NCBI GenBank assembly: GCA_010015805.1
Contig: ML978131.1
Span: forward strand, 1,054,001-1,108,574
Direction: 5' to 3'
DNA: 54,574 nt
DNA from: Rhizodiscina lignyota
Lineage: Eukaryota
Position 1 is the first letter of the stretch, and each line of letters starts with the position of its first letter. Under the pieces are notes generated by a model that did no database searches, was not told the DNA's origin, and worked only from the letters and a program-made list of their open reading frames with translations. Shown piece after piece: positions 12,127 through 24,587 of this stretch. The translations under genes were made by a program, and so were the position numbers.

Positions 12127-13847
12127 ATGTTCGGTCTCGATATGCATCAAATTCTTTTCATCATTTTGTTCGTGATTTTTGGCGACGCCGTATTTCAGGT
12201 CTTCGTGTTGATTCAGAAGAGGCGGTCGCAAGCCCGACTCGCAAGAGAATGGAATTGCGAGCCATGTGTCAAGGTGGGCCGCTCGGATCCTCTGGGAATC
12301 ACCAGAATTCGACAACTTCTGGCTGCGGCCGATCGAGGTCGGATGATGGAGTTCATTGGAGAGATATTTGAAAATACCAGCATGGACGCGGGTCGACCGG
12401 TGCATACATCTCAGAGCCGCATCATAAACTCGATCGTATACACCACCACGGAACCCAAAAACATTCAGGCACTGCTTGCTACGCAATTCCAAGACTTCAG
12501 CCTGGGGCCTGCTAGGCACGGGACATTTGCGCCACTGTACGCTGCTCCTAAGTCCTTCTTAAGACTTTGAGACGCTGACCACTCATTGCCCCAGCCTCGG
12601 AAACGGCATTTTCTCAAGCGATGGTAAACAGTGGGAGTTTGCACGCGCGCTATTGCGACCGCAGTTTGGAAGGGATCAAGTAGGAGATCTGGAGCTGGAG
12701 GAATCACACGTCCAAAACTTGATGAACGCATTGCCGGTCGAGCCTAATACCGGCGGATGGACAGAGCAAAAGGATCTAGTGACACTCTTCTATCGCTTGA
12801 CATTTGATTCGGCTCTCGAGTTTCTCTTTGGTCGAGGTGGTGAGACGCAACTTGCTGCACTTCCAGGATATGTGGCACGGTCGGATGGACCTGTGGTGAC
12901 GAAGTCATTTTCAGAAGATTGGGACACGAGTTTGGATCACCTAGCGACGGCCGCCAAACTCAACGACTTGCATTGGATCCACTACATCCGCAACAAGGAT
13001 TTCTATCGACGAGTCAAGGCGATTCACGAGTTCTGCGACTACTACGTGCAGCGGGCGCTTCAGCATGCAGATACGGAGAAATCAGACAGCAAGCGAAAGT
13101 AGGTGTTCCTTGAGGCGCTTGCAGAAGAGACGCAGGATCCGATCATGATTCGAGACCAACTCTTGAGTATCCTCCTAGCCGGCCGTGACACGACAGCTGG
13201 ACTACTCAGCTTCCTCTTCAATCTTCTTGGGCAGCATCCGCACATCTACCAAAAGCTGCGCACGGCTATCATTGACGATTTCGGAACGTACAAACAAGAT
13301 AATCAGGGAGTGATAAGCTTTGCATCTCTCAAGGCTTGTTCTTACCTGCAGTATTGCATGATGGAGACGCTACGCTTGTACCCGTCAGTGCCATTCAATG
13401 GTCGTAGGGCGGTGCGCGATACAACTCTTCCCACCGGTGGTGGCCCCGATGGGAGGAGCCCCATTTTCGTTCCCAAGGGCAGAGAGGTAGGGTACTGTGT
13501 ATATCTCATGCAGCGACGCAAGGACCTTTGGGGAGAGGATGCAGATGAGTTCAAGCCGGAGAGGTGGAAGAATCGAAAGCCTGGATGGGAATACCTACCG
13601 TTCAACGCAAGTATCTTGCCGCAATCATTGCTTTCAATTCGCTAATTATGTGTAGGGCGGCCCTCGCATTTGCCTCGGGCAGCAGTTTGCGCTTACAGAA
13701 GCTGGATATGTGACGGTTCGGCTGCTTCAGAGATTCGACATGATCGACGGTAGTGCGGTAGCTGGCAGAGAGATTCTTTGGTACTTGAACTTGACTGGAA
13801 GACCATTTGCCGGCGTGCCGCTTAGGCTCCACGAAGCGGATGACTGA
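12127..13847 (+). pseudogene. Cytochrome P450, CYP52-clan alkane/fatty-acid hydroxylase-like, interrupted by one in-frame TAG (13100-13102)
   Basis: N-terminal TM anchor; EPKNIQALLATQF; intron ~12536-12594; LGNGIFSSDG..WEFARALLRPQF; I-helix AGRDTTA; ETLR; PERW; heme [13 protein letters not shown] after GC-AG intron 13607-13655; TGA 13845-13847. The frame reads KRK*VFLEAL at the stop. Confidence 0.85.
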
Positions 13848-16800
13848 GACAGCGATTCATGCAGCTCGGCCAGAGTTGTGTCATTGCTGAGATTATGGTC
13901 AGAGTTTGTGTGCGACAGCCCTTGGGGCCGGTGTCGCAAAGGGGTAATGCGGGATGTTCGAGCATTGATTCGGTCATTTTCGACGTCTGCTTGTCAAACT
14001 GAGTCCTGAGTCTATGCTTAGTAATTTGTGAAGGTGTGACGTACGGTCAAAGAGATATGTCCAATACGCAATCGCTTTCGACGCTAAGTCCTGGCCATGT
14101 TAGCCGTAAAGCGCGCAAGGGCCGCACATCGTTTCGACCACTTTGGAGACTACACATTGACCTTGTGATATATTTCAAAATTGAAATTGTGAAGTGTCAA
14201 GTGGGGTACTGCTTGACGAGCTTCCGGAACGATAAGCTATCTACTTCACCTTCTAGTTCGGTGATTAATCAAGGACAAGAGATCATCCCCAGTAGCAACA
14301 ATACCTACCACGGCTTAGGATGCCTCTACCGATGCTCCTCCCAACACTCATGGGTCACCTATGCATTACCAGCCGAGTAAGGAAGGAATGATTGACTAGG
14401 AACGTCGACTGCCAAAGTGAGTCGGCATGAACGTATCACCCAGAATTACACTACCACAGTGAGCCATGTCCGCCAAAATCTCCACTAGTCGAAGTATTTG
14501 ACGAGGATGATGTTGAATATTATCAAACAGAATAACGTAAGAAGAGCCTACGTCATGCCGTAGCTGTGAACGAAGATGTTCGGAATGGAGAAGGAATTCC
14601 TGAGGTCGCTCTCGCGGGTAGCTATAGCCAGAACGTCGAGCTAAGGCGGGTCAAACTATTAGGAAGTAGCGGAGAGTTCAAGAGGCTGTCTGACTCGAGC
14701 TAAGGTGATCGGAACTAGAGGCAGTGTGAGGTGCAGTCGCAGCTTGATCAGGAGTCGTACTCGGCTCTTATAGCTCCTTCATTTTATACAGAGGTTAGCT
14801 CTTTGCTTCTTTTCTGCCGAGGGTCTGACAATTGGTCCTTCTGAAGTTCATTTCGTAGCCAACCGGAAGACCGCAGAGTTTGATTCCCACACTGATAAAG
14901 AATTCAGCAAAAACTAGAGCAGTAACTTCGGGTCTCACAAGCTGTCAGAACATGTAGTCAGGAATTTGCTCGCAGCTTTTGCTCGAAACTGTTTTCAAGC
15001 TCTGATCTCGATGCTGATTGTAACGCTTGCGTTGGACTTTGTGCGATTGATAAGGCTGTCAAAATGATCGAAGCCGTACTCGCGGAGCTACGGGTTGTGG
15101 TGCCGGCCGAATGCACGGAAGGGCCGTCAATCATGACAGACTACGCCTTTACGGAGCGGTTTCCGGATATTCAGTGGATGCCGTAGCTCGAGCAGAGTCA
15201 GCTTAACATTGAACCCGCAGTAGTCTCCCCGTTGCCCCGTTCTAGATGCCTCGCTAATTTCGAGTCTCGCAAGCGCCTATGACATGTGACGATGGGTTGA
15301 CGGTGTCTCTTGCGCACAGGCTTTTGTCATTGACAATGAGGTGTCGGATACTGCACCCGAAACAGAGTCAGGGCTATGTCGAATCTGCAGGAATCTATTC
15401 GTTACATTGTAGTAGATGTCTCTGCCTTGGAGCTTCGGAGACTTCCGTGACATACGTTCGGGGAGCTAACAGTCTCTCTTGCGTAAAGCTCTTCGCAATT
15501 GACTATATCGGACACCGCTACTTGACCAGAGTCAGCTCGACATCAAACCCACAGGAATCTATCGACTTACTCGCGGGAAGAGCATCCTTATTTGCCACTC
15601 TTGCATCTTCTTGCATGGCTTATCGTCCAAGCTCAACTGTCTTTGTCGATGTCGCGTCAGAGTGGAGATGTCGAAGTTGGATGACTCTATCCCAATTGTC
15701 TTTTATGCGGAAATGCGGTCCCATTTCCCGCTGGACTATGTATATCGAGGCGGTCGAGATCTGTGTTGTCAAGGCTAGTACAAGGAATCGTGCTGGTGAG
15801 CGACATACATCCCGCAAGTGCGCATGAATGCTGCCTCGGGCGTAACTGTTGATAGTACGCGGACTACGTCGTATCCGCTGTCCAGGTGCCAGGGGCTGAG
15901 TCGCGCTTCAGGCGGTAAACGGATGCACCGATGATCTGGTGGGTGCAGAACATTTTCTCCGCGTGTAAGACGGTTCTTGGGAGAGAACGGGGAGAGGGGG
16001 AGCATGATCGGGAGCACCCTCCATGCAAGAAGCATCTAAATGACTCGGCTGCAAGCTGCTGCCGCACTGCAGCAATCCCTTCGCTTGGTGAAAACGCAAT
16101 CATATTCGTCGGCGCCTGCATCGTCTGTGAAAGTGGAGCTTCGATGATCCAAGAATTCCACCAGTCAATGGGGCGTCAATGACCAGGAAAACAGACAGGG
16201 TGCGGGGACACTAGCTGTCCTTTGCACTGGGACGCGACTCGTAGCTGCATCTGAGAAGCTGATGAAATGGCCAATCTGGAGACTGAATTGACATGGCTCT
16301 CTGACGGTCAAGCAAAGCGGTCACATCCCCAGGGTTAAACGAAGAAGGAAAGACCATGGAACATTTGGAAACAGGCTAATAAATCTGCTTACCAAGGCAC
16401 CGGGGCATCGCCTGCACATCAACGTGACAAGAATCCGTTGGATTTGTGCCAGGGCCGTGGCATCGGGAGCAGCCTAGGTGCAGTGTCTCATCTGCATTGA
16501 GGCGCTGATTTTTGAAGCATCGTGGTCTGTGGGATTTCCCTTGAAACCGGGGCACCGCCTGCGACGGGCAGGACAAGACGCGGATCGTATCCCCTGTGCC
16601 GTCGCCCTGGTCCTGGTGGAGTGATGTGCAGCTCGCGAGGGGCCATGACGAAACGACCGCTGCTGAGTGATGGAGGTGTCGAATTGAAGGATATGGAGAC
16701 CTCTTCTGCGACCGATGGTCACAAATCTGCGCCGCATTGTTTCATGAAGAGGGAGCCCCGCCCAGTTGCTATGGCGGTGATGAGTGATGTCGTTCAGCTT

Positions 16801-17303
16801 GACACTAACCCGATGTGGCGTCTGTGCGTGCAAGCGAAGTCTTTCTCTTCTCCACTTTCAACTCTCAGACTTCTCCTCTCCAGCCTTGTGAGACAACGCG
16901 CTGAAATGACGTCTACGTATGTGGGAACAGATATCGAAAGGATTATTGACAGGTACACCTTTCTTGTCAAAGTGGTGGTGCGCTGGGTGGACTGACAGCT
17001 GTTAAATGCACTGCCCCTTTCTCTCTCGCCCATACGAGGCGGAGAAATTGTGGCGCTTGGCACGACTGCAGTTCCTCCGCCCACCGTGCCACGTCCTCCG
17101 CCGGTGATATCAAGAATGAATTCACGGAGTGTATACAGTAACCATATTGCAATTGCTGACGGGGAGCTGAATATGTGAGAAGAAAGGTAAGAGTATTTAA
17201 GAGTTTCCATTTTGCAAGATTTCAACGACAACATCCACTCGTTCACATCATTTCATCAAATCTCAGTCTTTACTCGATCTCAAAACCTCACCTGTGCCTC
17301 AAA

Positions 17304-17984
17304 ATGCAATTCAACAAAGCGCTCCTGCCGTACTACGGCTTCCTCTTCATTAATTTATCCGATCCAACGCAAGCTTGCAATCCGAAGAACGCTCCATCAG
17401 ACATGCTTACCATCGGCGACGATGGCCCGGCCGACCCTGAGACTCTGGGATACACGCTGAACCATTTCGGGCTCATTGCCAACAACATCACCGCTATGAT
17501 GGATTTCTACGGTGACGTGCTCGGTATGCGTCATATCTTCACGTTCCACTGCTCGAAGGACTATGACGTCGTCTACATGGGCTACAGCCATGGTGGAAAG
17601 AACGGCACCGGCTTCCAGACTGGGGACGAATTATTCGCAGAGAAGACGAACATTGAGGGACTGGTCGAGTTCGTGGTTCTGAAGGACTCGCCAACCAAGA
17701 ACCCTGCGTCGACCAGCAAAACGAATACCTTCTCACACATTGGCCTGGTTGTGCCGGACATCAAGAAAACGCAGGCACGCCTGCAGCAGTACGAGGTAAA
17801 GATCATCAAGGCCGTCGGTCAGGATGCTGAGACCCCTGGACCTGTCGCAAATGCGTATGGTCTCGGAGGGGACATTGCGAAGGCTCGTGCTGCGCTCGCC
17901 GGGATTGACATTATTGGTTTCAAGAATTTCATTCTTGCAGAGGACCCGGATGGCAATCTCGTAGAGATCCAGCAGCAAGTTTGA
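17304..17984 (+). CDS. Glyoxalase/bleomycin-resistance (VOC) family protein with probable signal peptide
   Basis: Intronless ORF from ATG 17304. Metal-ligand pattern NHFGL..VEF..SHIGL..VEI; FYGDVLGM; DPDGNLVEI; hydrophobic N-terminus ending ..TQA-C. Confidence 0.88.
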   Translation: MQFNKALLPYYGFLFINLSDPTQACNPKNAPSDMLTIGDDGPADPETLGYTLNHFGLIANNITAMMDFYGDVLGMRHIFTFHCSKDYDVVYMGYSHGGKNGTGFQTGDELFAEKTNIEGLVEFVVLKDSPTKNPASTSKTNTFSHIGLVVPDIKKTQARLQQYEVKIIKAVGQDAETPGPVANAYGLGGDIAKARAALAGIDIIGFKNFILAEDPDGNLVEIQQQV

Positions 17985-20958
17985 TAAAATGATGAGGTAT
18001 TCGTGAGTTGGTGGAAAGGGTGCAGGGAGGATTTCAGGCGATGGGGGTACTACGTAGTGTTTCTCGTATTCCTTAGACAATAAAAAAACCAAAAAAAATT
18101 GGCCTCTGGCCATAAACAGGTGATCCTATTTGATCATCAGGACGTGACAATGAAAGTGATAAGGATATGTGCTGTGGAATTTGCATCTGGGCGCTTACAG
18201 GACCAATGAAGTTGAGTGACTCTGCAAGTGACCCAAAAGAATCCCAGAGGGAAGAAACGTAAAGAGTCAGTGGTACTTACCACGGCTGCGGTGCAGATGG
18301 CTCTAGGTGGCGTGCCCTCCCTGCATCAGTTTGATTCCTGAGGATGCCAGAACCACGGATGGAGCACTTGATGGCTTCTGCTGCTGGTGTATCAGTTCAA
18401 TTAAACTTTTCATCGACTGTGCCGCTGATGCACATCGCTCCGTCACGTCGGGATCAGGAAGGTAGTGGATTCCTGGCACATGGCCTTGGAATGCGCGATG
18501 CAGGAGTGTGTTGTGTCCGGGTAAAAGGAACTGGGGAAATTGAGGAATCAAAGTGCACTGACTTGCGGTCGAGAGAGAGTACGGATGTACCTGCAGAGAG
18601 CTCGTGTTTCACGGGCGTGGGGGGCTCAAAGGCTGAGCATTCCCCCAGGTTTGCGTAAAACTCGCCGAGCTTCCAGAATAGAGTGGAAGATAGCGCCCGG
18701 CGCATCCCCTATGAATAGTAGGCCGGTCAGCGGACCGATGCGAAACATACTCATCTTGAGTCAGAAGTGTAGAAATTCGCTCCCTTTGTCGCGCTAGATT
18801 TCATGTCGAGTAGGTTGCTACGCAAGCAATCTCGCTTCGTGGCTGCCGGGGAAGCCCACTCCCCGCTCCGGCTCTCCAGGAGCCATTCTGACGGGTTACC
18901 GCTAGTAAGGTTCGTTGCGACATCATCGCGTGGCAAACGGTGCTTTTTGGATCTCGTGTTGGATCTCCGATCTGTGATGTTTCCTTTTCCAAAGTTGTTG
19001 GACACTGACAAGGCTGGAGGAGCGATAGACAAAGCGAATTTACTCTAAGCGAGCTCGTGATGCGAGGCCAGCTCTCCCTCCACATCTACCAAAAGGGCAA
19101 AGTACATTTGCGCGCAAATGCACTAAACAGGGGCAGTTTTGTCCCTGGTACTTCGAAAGAAAGCACTCCAAGGGCAAAACTTGAAATGGTCCTGAAGTGG
19201 CCGATTGCTGGTCAAAGTGCCTTCTATCACATATCGGAATGATGTGCTTACCCCGAATTTCGATCCATGCTCATCCCTATCGGCATACTGTTACGAGGTG
19301 CGAGCTGATCGGCCAGCAACAAGCAAGGTGGTACGGAGTAGTGGCATTCCCAACACTCACTGCCCGACCGGGCCTGGCGTAGAGTCTGTGCATTCATCAA
19401 GACCAAACGCGGACAGGCTATGCTTGCATTGCTTGCTTGCTTGAAAAAGTAACTAAGAATTTTGTCTGCGGGGTCGAAAGCGTACATTTGTCGGATCCGG
19501 TTGCTGTCATGTTATTCGCAAAGTGCTGTCGAGTGCGATTGTGCCAAGATGAAAGCAGTACTCGCCTAATGAATTTGTTCTGGAATTCGGTGCAAGCCTT
19601 CGAGAAGGGCCAGTGATGAGACGCAGGGGATGAAGTTGCGAGGTGGCCACGTGTAAACTTACTCTGGCAAGGGGCGATTATCATCGTGTTTCAGGGACTG
19701 AGCGTTTCGGTGAAAGGCAAGGATGAGTCCTGGTGGTTGCAACGTCAAAAACGGTTCTCGAGGATTGCTTTCAAGCGAATGGCGATGCGAGTTTGCGACG
19801 GCAGGCCATGATAGGAGCAGTGTCACGGAGCATTGACGGGAGTCGGGACTTACCCGAAACCGTTGCTGTGTAGGTGAAGGTCGCGCGCATTGGTTGGGCC
19901 TTGTTTAGCTAGAAACGTTCGTCAACGTCGGCGCAGTTGTGGAGGTTGTCGTACGCACGTACGCGCTCATGATGCAGACGCGCCGAAATAGTCTATTCAT
20001 CATGCAGTTGGCGAGTGCCAGTTAGCGAAGGTCTTCAGTCAGTAACGGTAGATGCGCGCATTCACCAGGCTGAGGAGCCCTATCTCATCAGTGGCGTGCC
20101 GGAGGCCTTGACAATCTGCAACGAGTGAACAATCGGCGGGTTCGCTAGCGCGAGATCTTGTAGCACATTCGGAGCACCCTTGCGCCACCACGCATCTGCT
20201 AACAAGAGAGGAGATTGCGCCGTTCCTAGATGCAGAGAAGAGCAGAAGAAAGAGGGGGAGGCAAGGCACAAACAAAGCTATAGTGTGGAGCACGGGCCCC
20301 GGCCTATCCATCTTCACGCAACCGCCCTCACCGCAGCTGGCTTCGACTCTTCGTCCCACGAATCAACCTCTTCCTCGACGCAATCTCTTGGCTACTGCGT
20401 CGCGTACCCCGTGCACTGCCATCACTCTCATTCAGATATCGCATGCGTCGCACTTGCGCAGGGTATCCAGGCACTGCTGCAGCTCTGTTCATCCCGCGTT
20501 GGCGGCTCTGATTTCCGACCCAGCACGCAACACTCTCACGTAGGCGCTCGATCTCTCAGCGTCCACGCTCCCCGAAAGACCGTTCGCCGGTCAGCATGGC
20601 TGGTGCGGGCTTGAAGCCATGGCGGGAATAGCACTCCACAATGTTTTACGCCCACCGTACCGAGCGCCAGCCTGCTCGCCTGTCCTTCGTCCACACGTGA
20701 AATGGCCCCTCTCGTTCAAGGCCCATAAGACCAACGCTCTCCACTCCCTCTTAGTAAACCTCTTCTCATTCATCTATGGTTTGCCACCATACTATAATAA
20801 TCACGGAATTTCTCGAGATATTTATCACAACCAGCGCCTATTTCGAAGCGTGGCAAACTTGTGCTACATCGTATCTTCACTCGTTTATCATATCAACTAC
20901 CTCTCATCTATTGTTATTTCTCTAATGATCATTCCCCCCTTCTCTCGTTCGTCTACGC

Positions 20959-21654
20959 ATGGACAACATGGGAGGTGAATACCCCGACCCGATCCAAGAC
21001 AACCTCCCTAGACTGTCAGAGAAGAATCTTCTTATTCATGAGTCGCTAAACACGAACGTACGTTCCCGCTACGAGCAAAGCAACCAGCATATTAACTGAA
21101 CACAGGATCAGCCCGATCCTACCTACGCACAACAATGCATCAACCGGGAGCGCTTTCAGCACTGGCGTCAGGAATTGCCAGGCTATGTTCATTCTGATTG
21201 TCCCCGACAATCCACGTGCCGCGATCTTTATACGATACTAAACTCGCCTACCACTTTATTTCTTATGAACGGCTGTGTCGTCAATGAAGACGAAGACCCG
21301 GTTACCGACCCAACGCTGCCGAGACCGGAACATCTGCCACAACCTTCAGACCTTGGGCCTGAAATGCGGTTCGCCATGCTTGATGCAGTCGACTCAGCAT
21401 TCCCCCTCAGTGAGAAATATGTCATGATAGAGGTGGACCACACACCTGGATCTATGGAAGGTGACCGCGCTGAGGAGCGGACGGATGCCGCGAAGGACGT
21501 TATCGCGGAGGTAATGCGACTGAAGGCTGAGCGTCAGAGCAAGGCCAGAGTGAAGAGAGATAAGAGACGAAGAGTGAGGAAGAGAGCCTATCATCGGCGG
21601 TCCCAGAGTACAGATGGTGGTGCTCCATCTGCTGTGGACATCCATACGCTGTAA
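20959..21654 (+). CDS. Hypothetical 215-aa protein, paralog of 24588-25156
   Basis: Exon1 20959-21057 (33 codons), intron 21058-21105 (GTACGT..TTAAC..CAG), exon2 in frame with ORF 21175-21654; basic C-terminal run (KRDKRRRVRKR). Confidence 0.75.
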
Positions 21655-24587
21655 TTGACTTGAATACGGATGGAACAGTGTTGCCTTTTCTTTAATATAA
21701 TGTACTACTAGGTGCACATACTGCTAAAAGTTATTGTATTCATTGTTTCTTCTCACATCTCTCTCAGGATACGATTTGGTCATGCCTATCCATCGCTGTC
21801 GCTGTGGTCGCGCTGCGCGGTACTCGCCGCTCCCGAGACTTGGCGCTTCTACTCCGTATACGATTGAAGACTGAGTCTTCGAATGCACACAACATGAAAT
21901 AATTAACAGTGCCGCTTTGTTATTTTCTTCATTACCTGAAACTCCGCTCATATCTCCTCGAGTCTCCCTCAACGAACCAAGCATGGGTCCTACACGAGCC
22001 TCCCAACGGTTTGCGTTCATCAGTTGCGCATGCGAAATTTCAGTGCCTCAGGTGTCATAACTCCACTTAACCGTCGCTGTGACGTTGCACAGGCCACGCA
22101 AGATATTGGATGACGATCCTCCACTCTAGGCTCCCCAAATTCGCCGTTGGGGAAAATGAACTGACTCGTTTCAGCGCCCCGGCCACCCGTTTCGCGGAGA
22201 TACACACCGACTGACCGGTACGCCCCTCTTTAGGCACACGGCAAGACGGGAGTGCCAAACTCTGACCGCCCTGTTGGGACCAGCCAATCTTCAAAATTGC
22301 GACATCGTCATCCATGCAACTGATTCATAACTGTTCTCCCCTAGCTCACGCACTCGACTGGAACGGGGGGCCCGTCAATCGTAAAGAGCACGAATGTATC
22401 GCCCGACAAAGGCTTCGAAAAGGGGCACGCCTCTATTCACGCACGCAAAGGGCGCTAGCTGGGTCGCCCTTTGCGGTCTTGCGGATCGTGGTTGTCTGGC
22501 TTGAGGGCTCCAGGTCAGAGCGCGCCCGCTGTGCCTCTAACGGTAGCGTACTTAAGCTTTAGTGCGATTGACACCCCTGCTCATTTCAGAATCTTTCCCA
22601 CACCAGTGAGACTTTGCGGATCATCTCTCCGTCGCGCGCTTCGTATTATTGCACCTCACTATTTGCTCACTGCTGGCGGGCGGGACGGGCGCACGTTTGG
22701 GGACTATCAAGGCTCATCCCAGCTTGCTGATTTAGGGCATGCTTCGTTCCTTCGAGGGCAACGGCGCTTAACGAAATGGACAACCGACAATCCCGATTAT
22801 TCTCGGGGAAGCGAAACGCAGGAATACTTTCTTGTCGCAAGCGAGAGTGGATCCATACCATCTATGGTCTGATGCAAGCGTCTGATCCTGCCTGAGGAGG
22901 GGGTATCAAGCGCGCATGTGCAAATCACTCATCTGAGGAGCGGACTTCAGGAATAGAAAAAAAAGGTAACCGATCTCATAGCCACTCAGTCATACCCCTC
23001 AATCGTATGCTCTCGTTGGCGGGGTTGAGAAGACTGGAACGAATGAATCCAGAACGACCAAACTGCCAATCGGGGAGCGGTTCGCATTGGAAACCTGACA
23101 TTCAAGGTGCATTCTTGCGCAACAACTACAGTAGGCATTCTGCCCCGGGGCCATCTCCGGACAGGCAACTAGATACCTATCTATCCATACATAATCGCGC
23201 GGATCAAGCCATCAACACTGCTGCAAGGTCAAGGGGACACAGAGCGGGCTGACTTGACGGTCAACTGCCAACATCTGAGACCGGGTGGCGCTCCGCGAAC
23301 ATTCGTCAGGCGTTCCGCTGCAGACGGAAAGGCCGCGGCGGGACGAACGCGAATGCGCAATCCGACGTGTGGCAGCCGACGACCACTGTTTGAGCCAGCA
23401 GCATCGGGGGGCCGAGAGGCGCGGGCAGTGCATCCGCCTTGCGCTATGCGCAGCATGGCGAGCGTTGGAAGGTTACACCACTTTGCTGGCTGCTCATGAC
23501 ATGACCCCTTAACCAGGTCGATACAGCGCGGTAGAGCAGCAATGTAGGCCCCACACTCTACATAGACGAGCGCCCTGAGGAACTGACAGTGGCAGCTCTC
23601 TTTCTCTATCGCATCCCGCATCCTTGCCTCAAGGGCGTCCTGCCCCCATTGCTACATTTCCCTTCCAGACATCCATAGCAGTAGAGACAACAGGAAGAGA
23701 CGCACCATGCAGTTCCTGCAGAGAATGATGCGCGGCGCGAGCGGCTCAACCTTTCCGTTCCGCTTCGTCGCTGATCATGAGGCTATTGCATTGTCCAAGG
23801 CTCTAACTTGAGATTCTTTGCTCCCGCAAATTAAACTTTCGTACACAGCAGTGGGCTTCATCGATACTAAGACGCCCTCACTGTTCCATGCCGCTAGGCT
23901 CCCAGGCACCACTGATCTGCAAGCTTCTGGCATGGCCGCGCCCTCTGAGTAAAGTTGCACGAAACTGGCGCAATATGTCGTCCCAGTTCTGGCATGACGG
24001 CCAGGGATCCTGCAGTGAACAACCGCATTTCCTCATGGCTATGGCTCATGAATTGCGCTCTAGGGCCGGCCGGCGCCCGCAGCGCCCCTCCACGCTGGCC
24101 ATGGTGGTGCCGCCCTGTATCTTGATGTTGATTTCCACGGCGTCGAAGGGCCTCCGTGAACATCAGTCTCCAGAGCCGCATTCTCTATATATTTCAGCGA
24201 GATCAAAGCATGTTTCTCTTCGTTTCAATGACCCAAAGAAAATTTGAATCTCAAGTTATTTATTCTATATCTTGTGGGAGTTAGTAACAACCTAGTTGTC
24301 ATCTAATTTACTACCCGCCCATATCTCTCCGGACTCTCCTCGAATTTGTACTGGTCTCGGGGCGCTACACTCATATTTTCCTGCTACGTCGTGCTTGAGA
24401 GTGCTTCCGGCGTGCCTCCGCTCCATTCAAGTTGATTGCTGCTTCCCCCCCGCCTTCCCTTTGTGGTCTCACTCTTTTACGATTACGTCCCGCTTCTCCC
24501 CCTTCTTCCTCGACATCCACACGATTGCGGCTAGTTCTAGGCATACAGTGGTTGTGTATTAGTATTGTCTATCAGGAGTTCGTCAAG

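Noticed and set aside
13099..13137. GTAGGT overlapping the P450 TAG as an intron donor that would remove the stop
   Set aside because: Nearby AGs give only 26-37 nt introns, there is no branch site, and conserved VFLEAL would be deleted.
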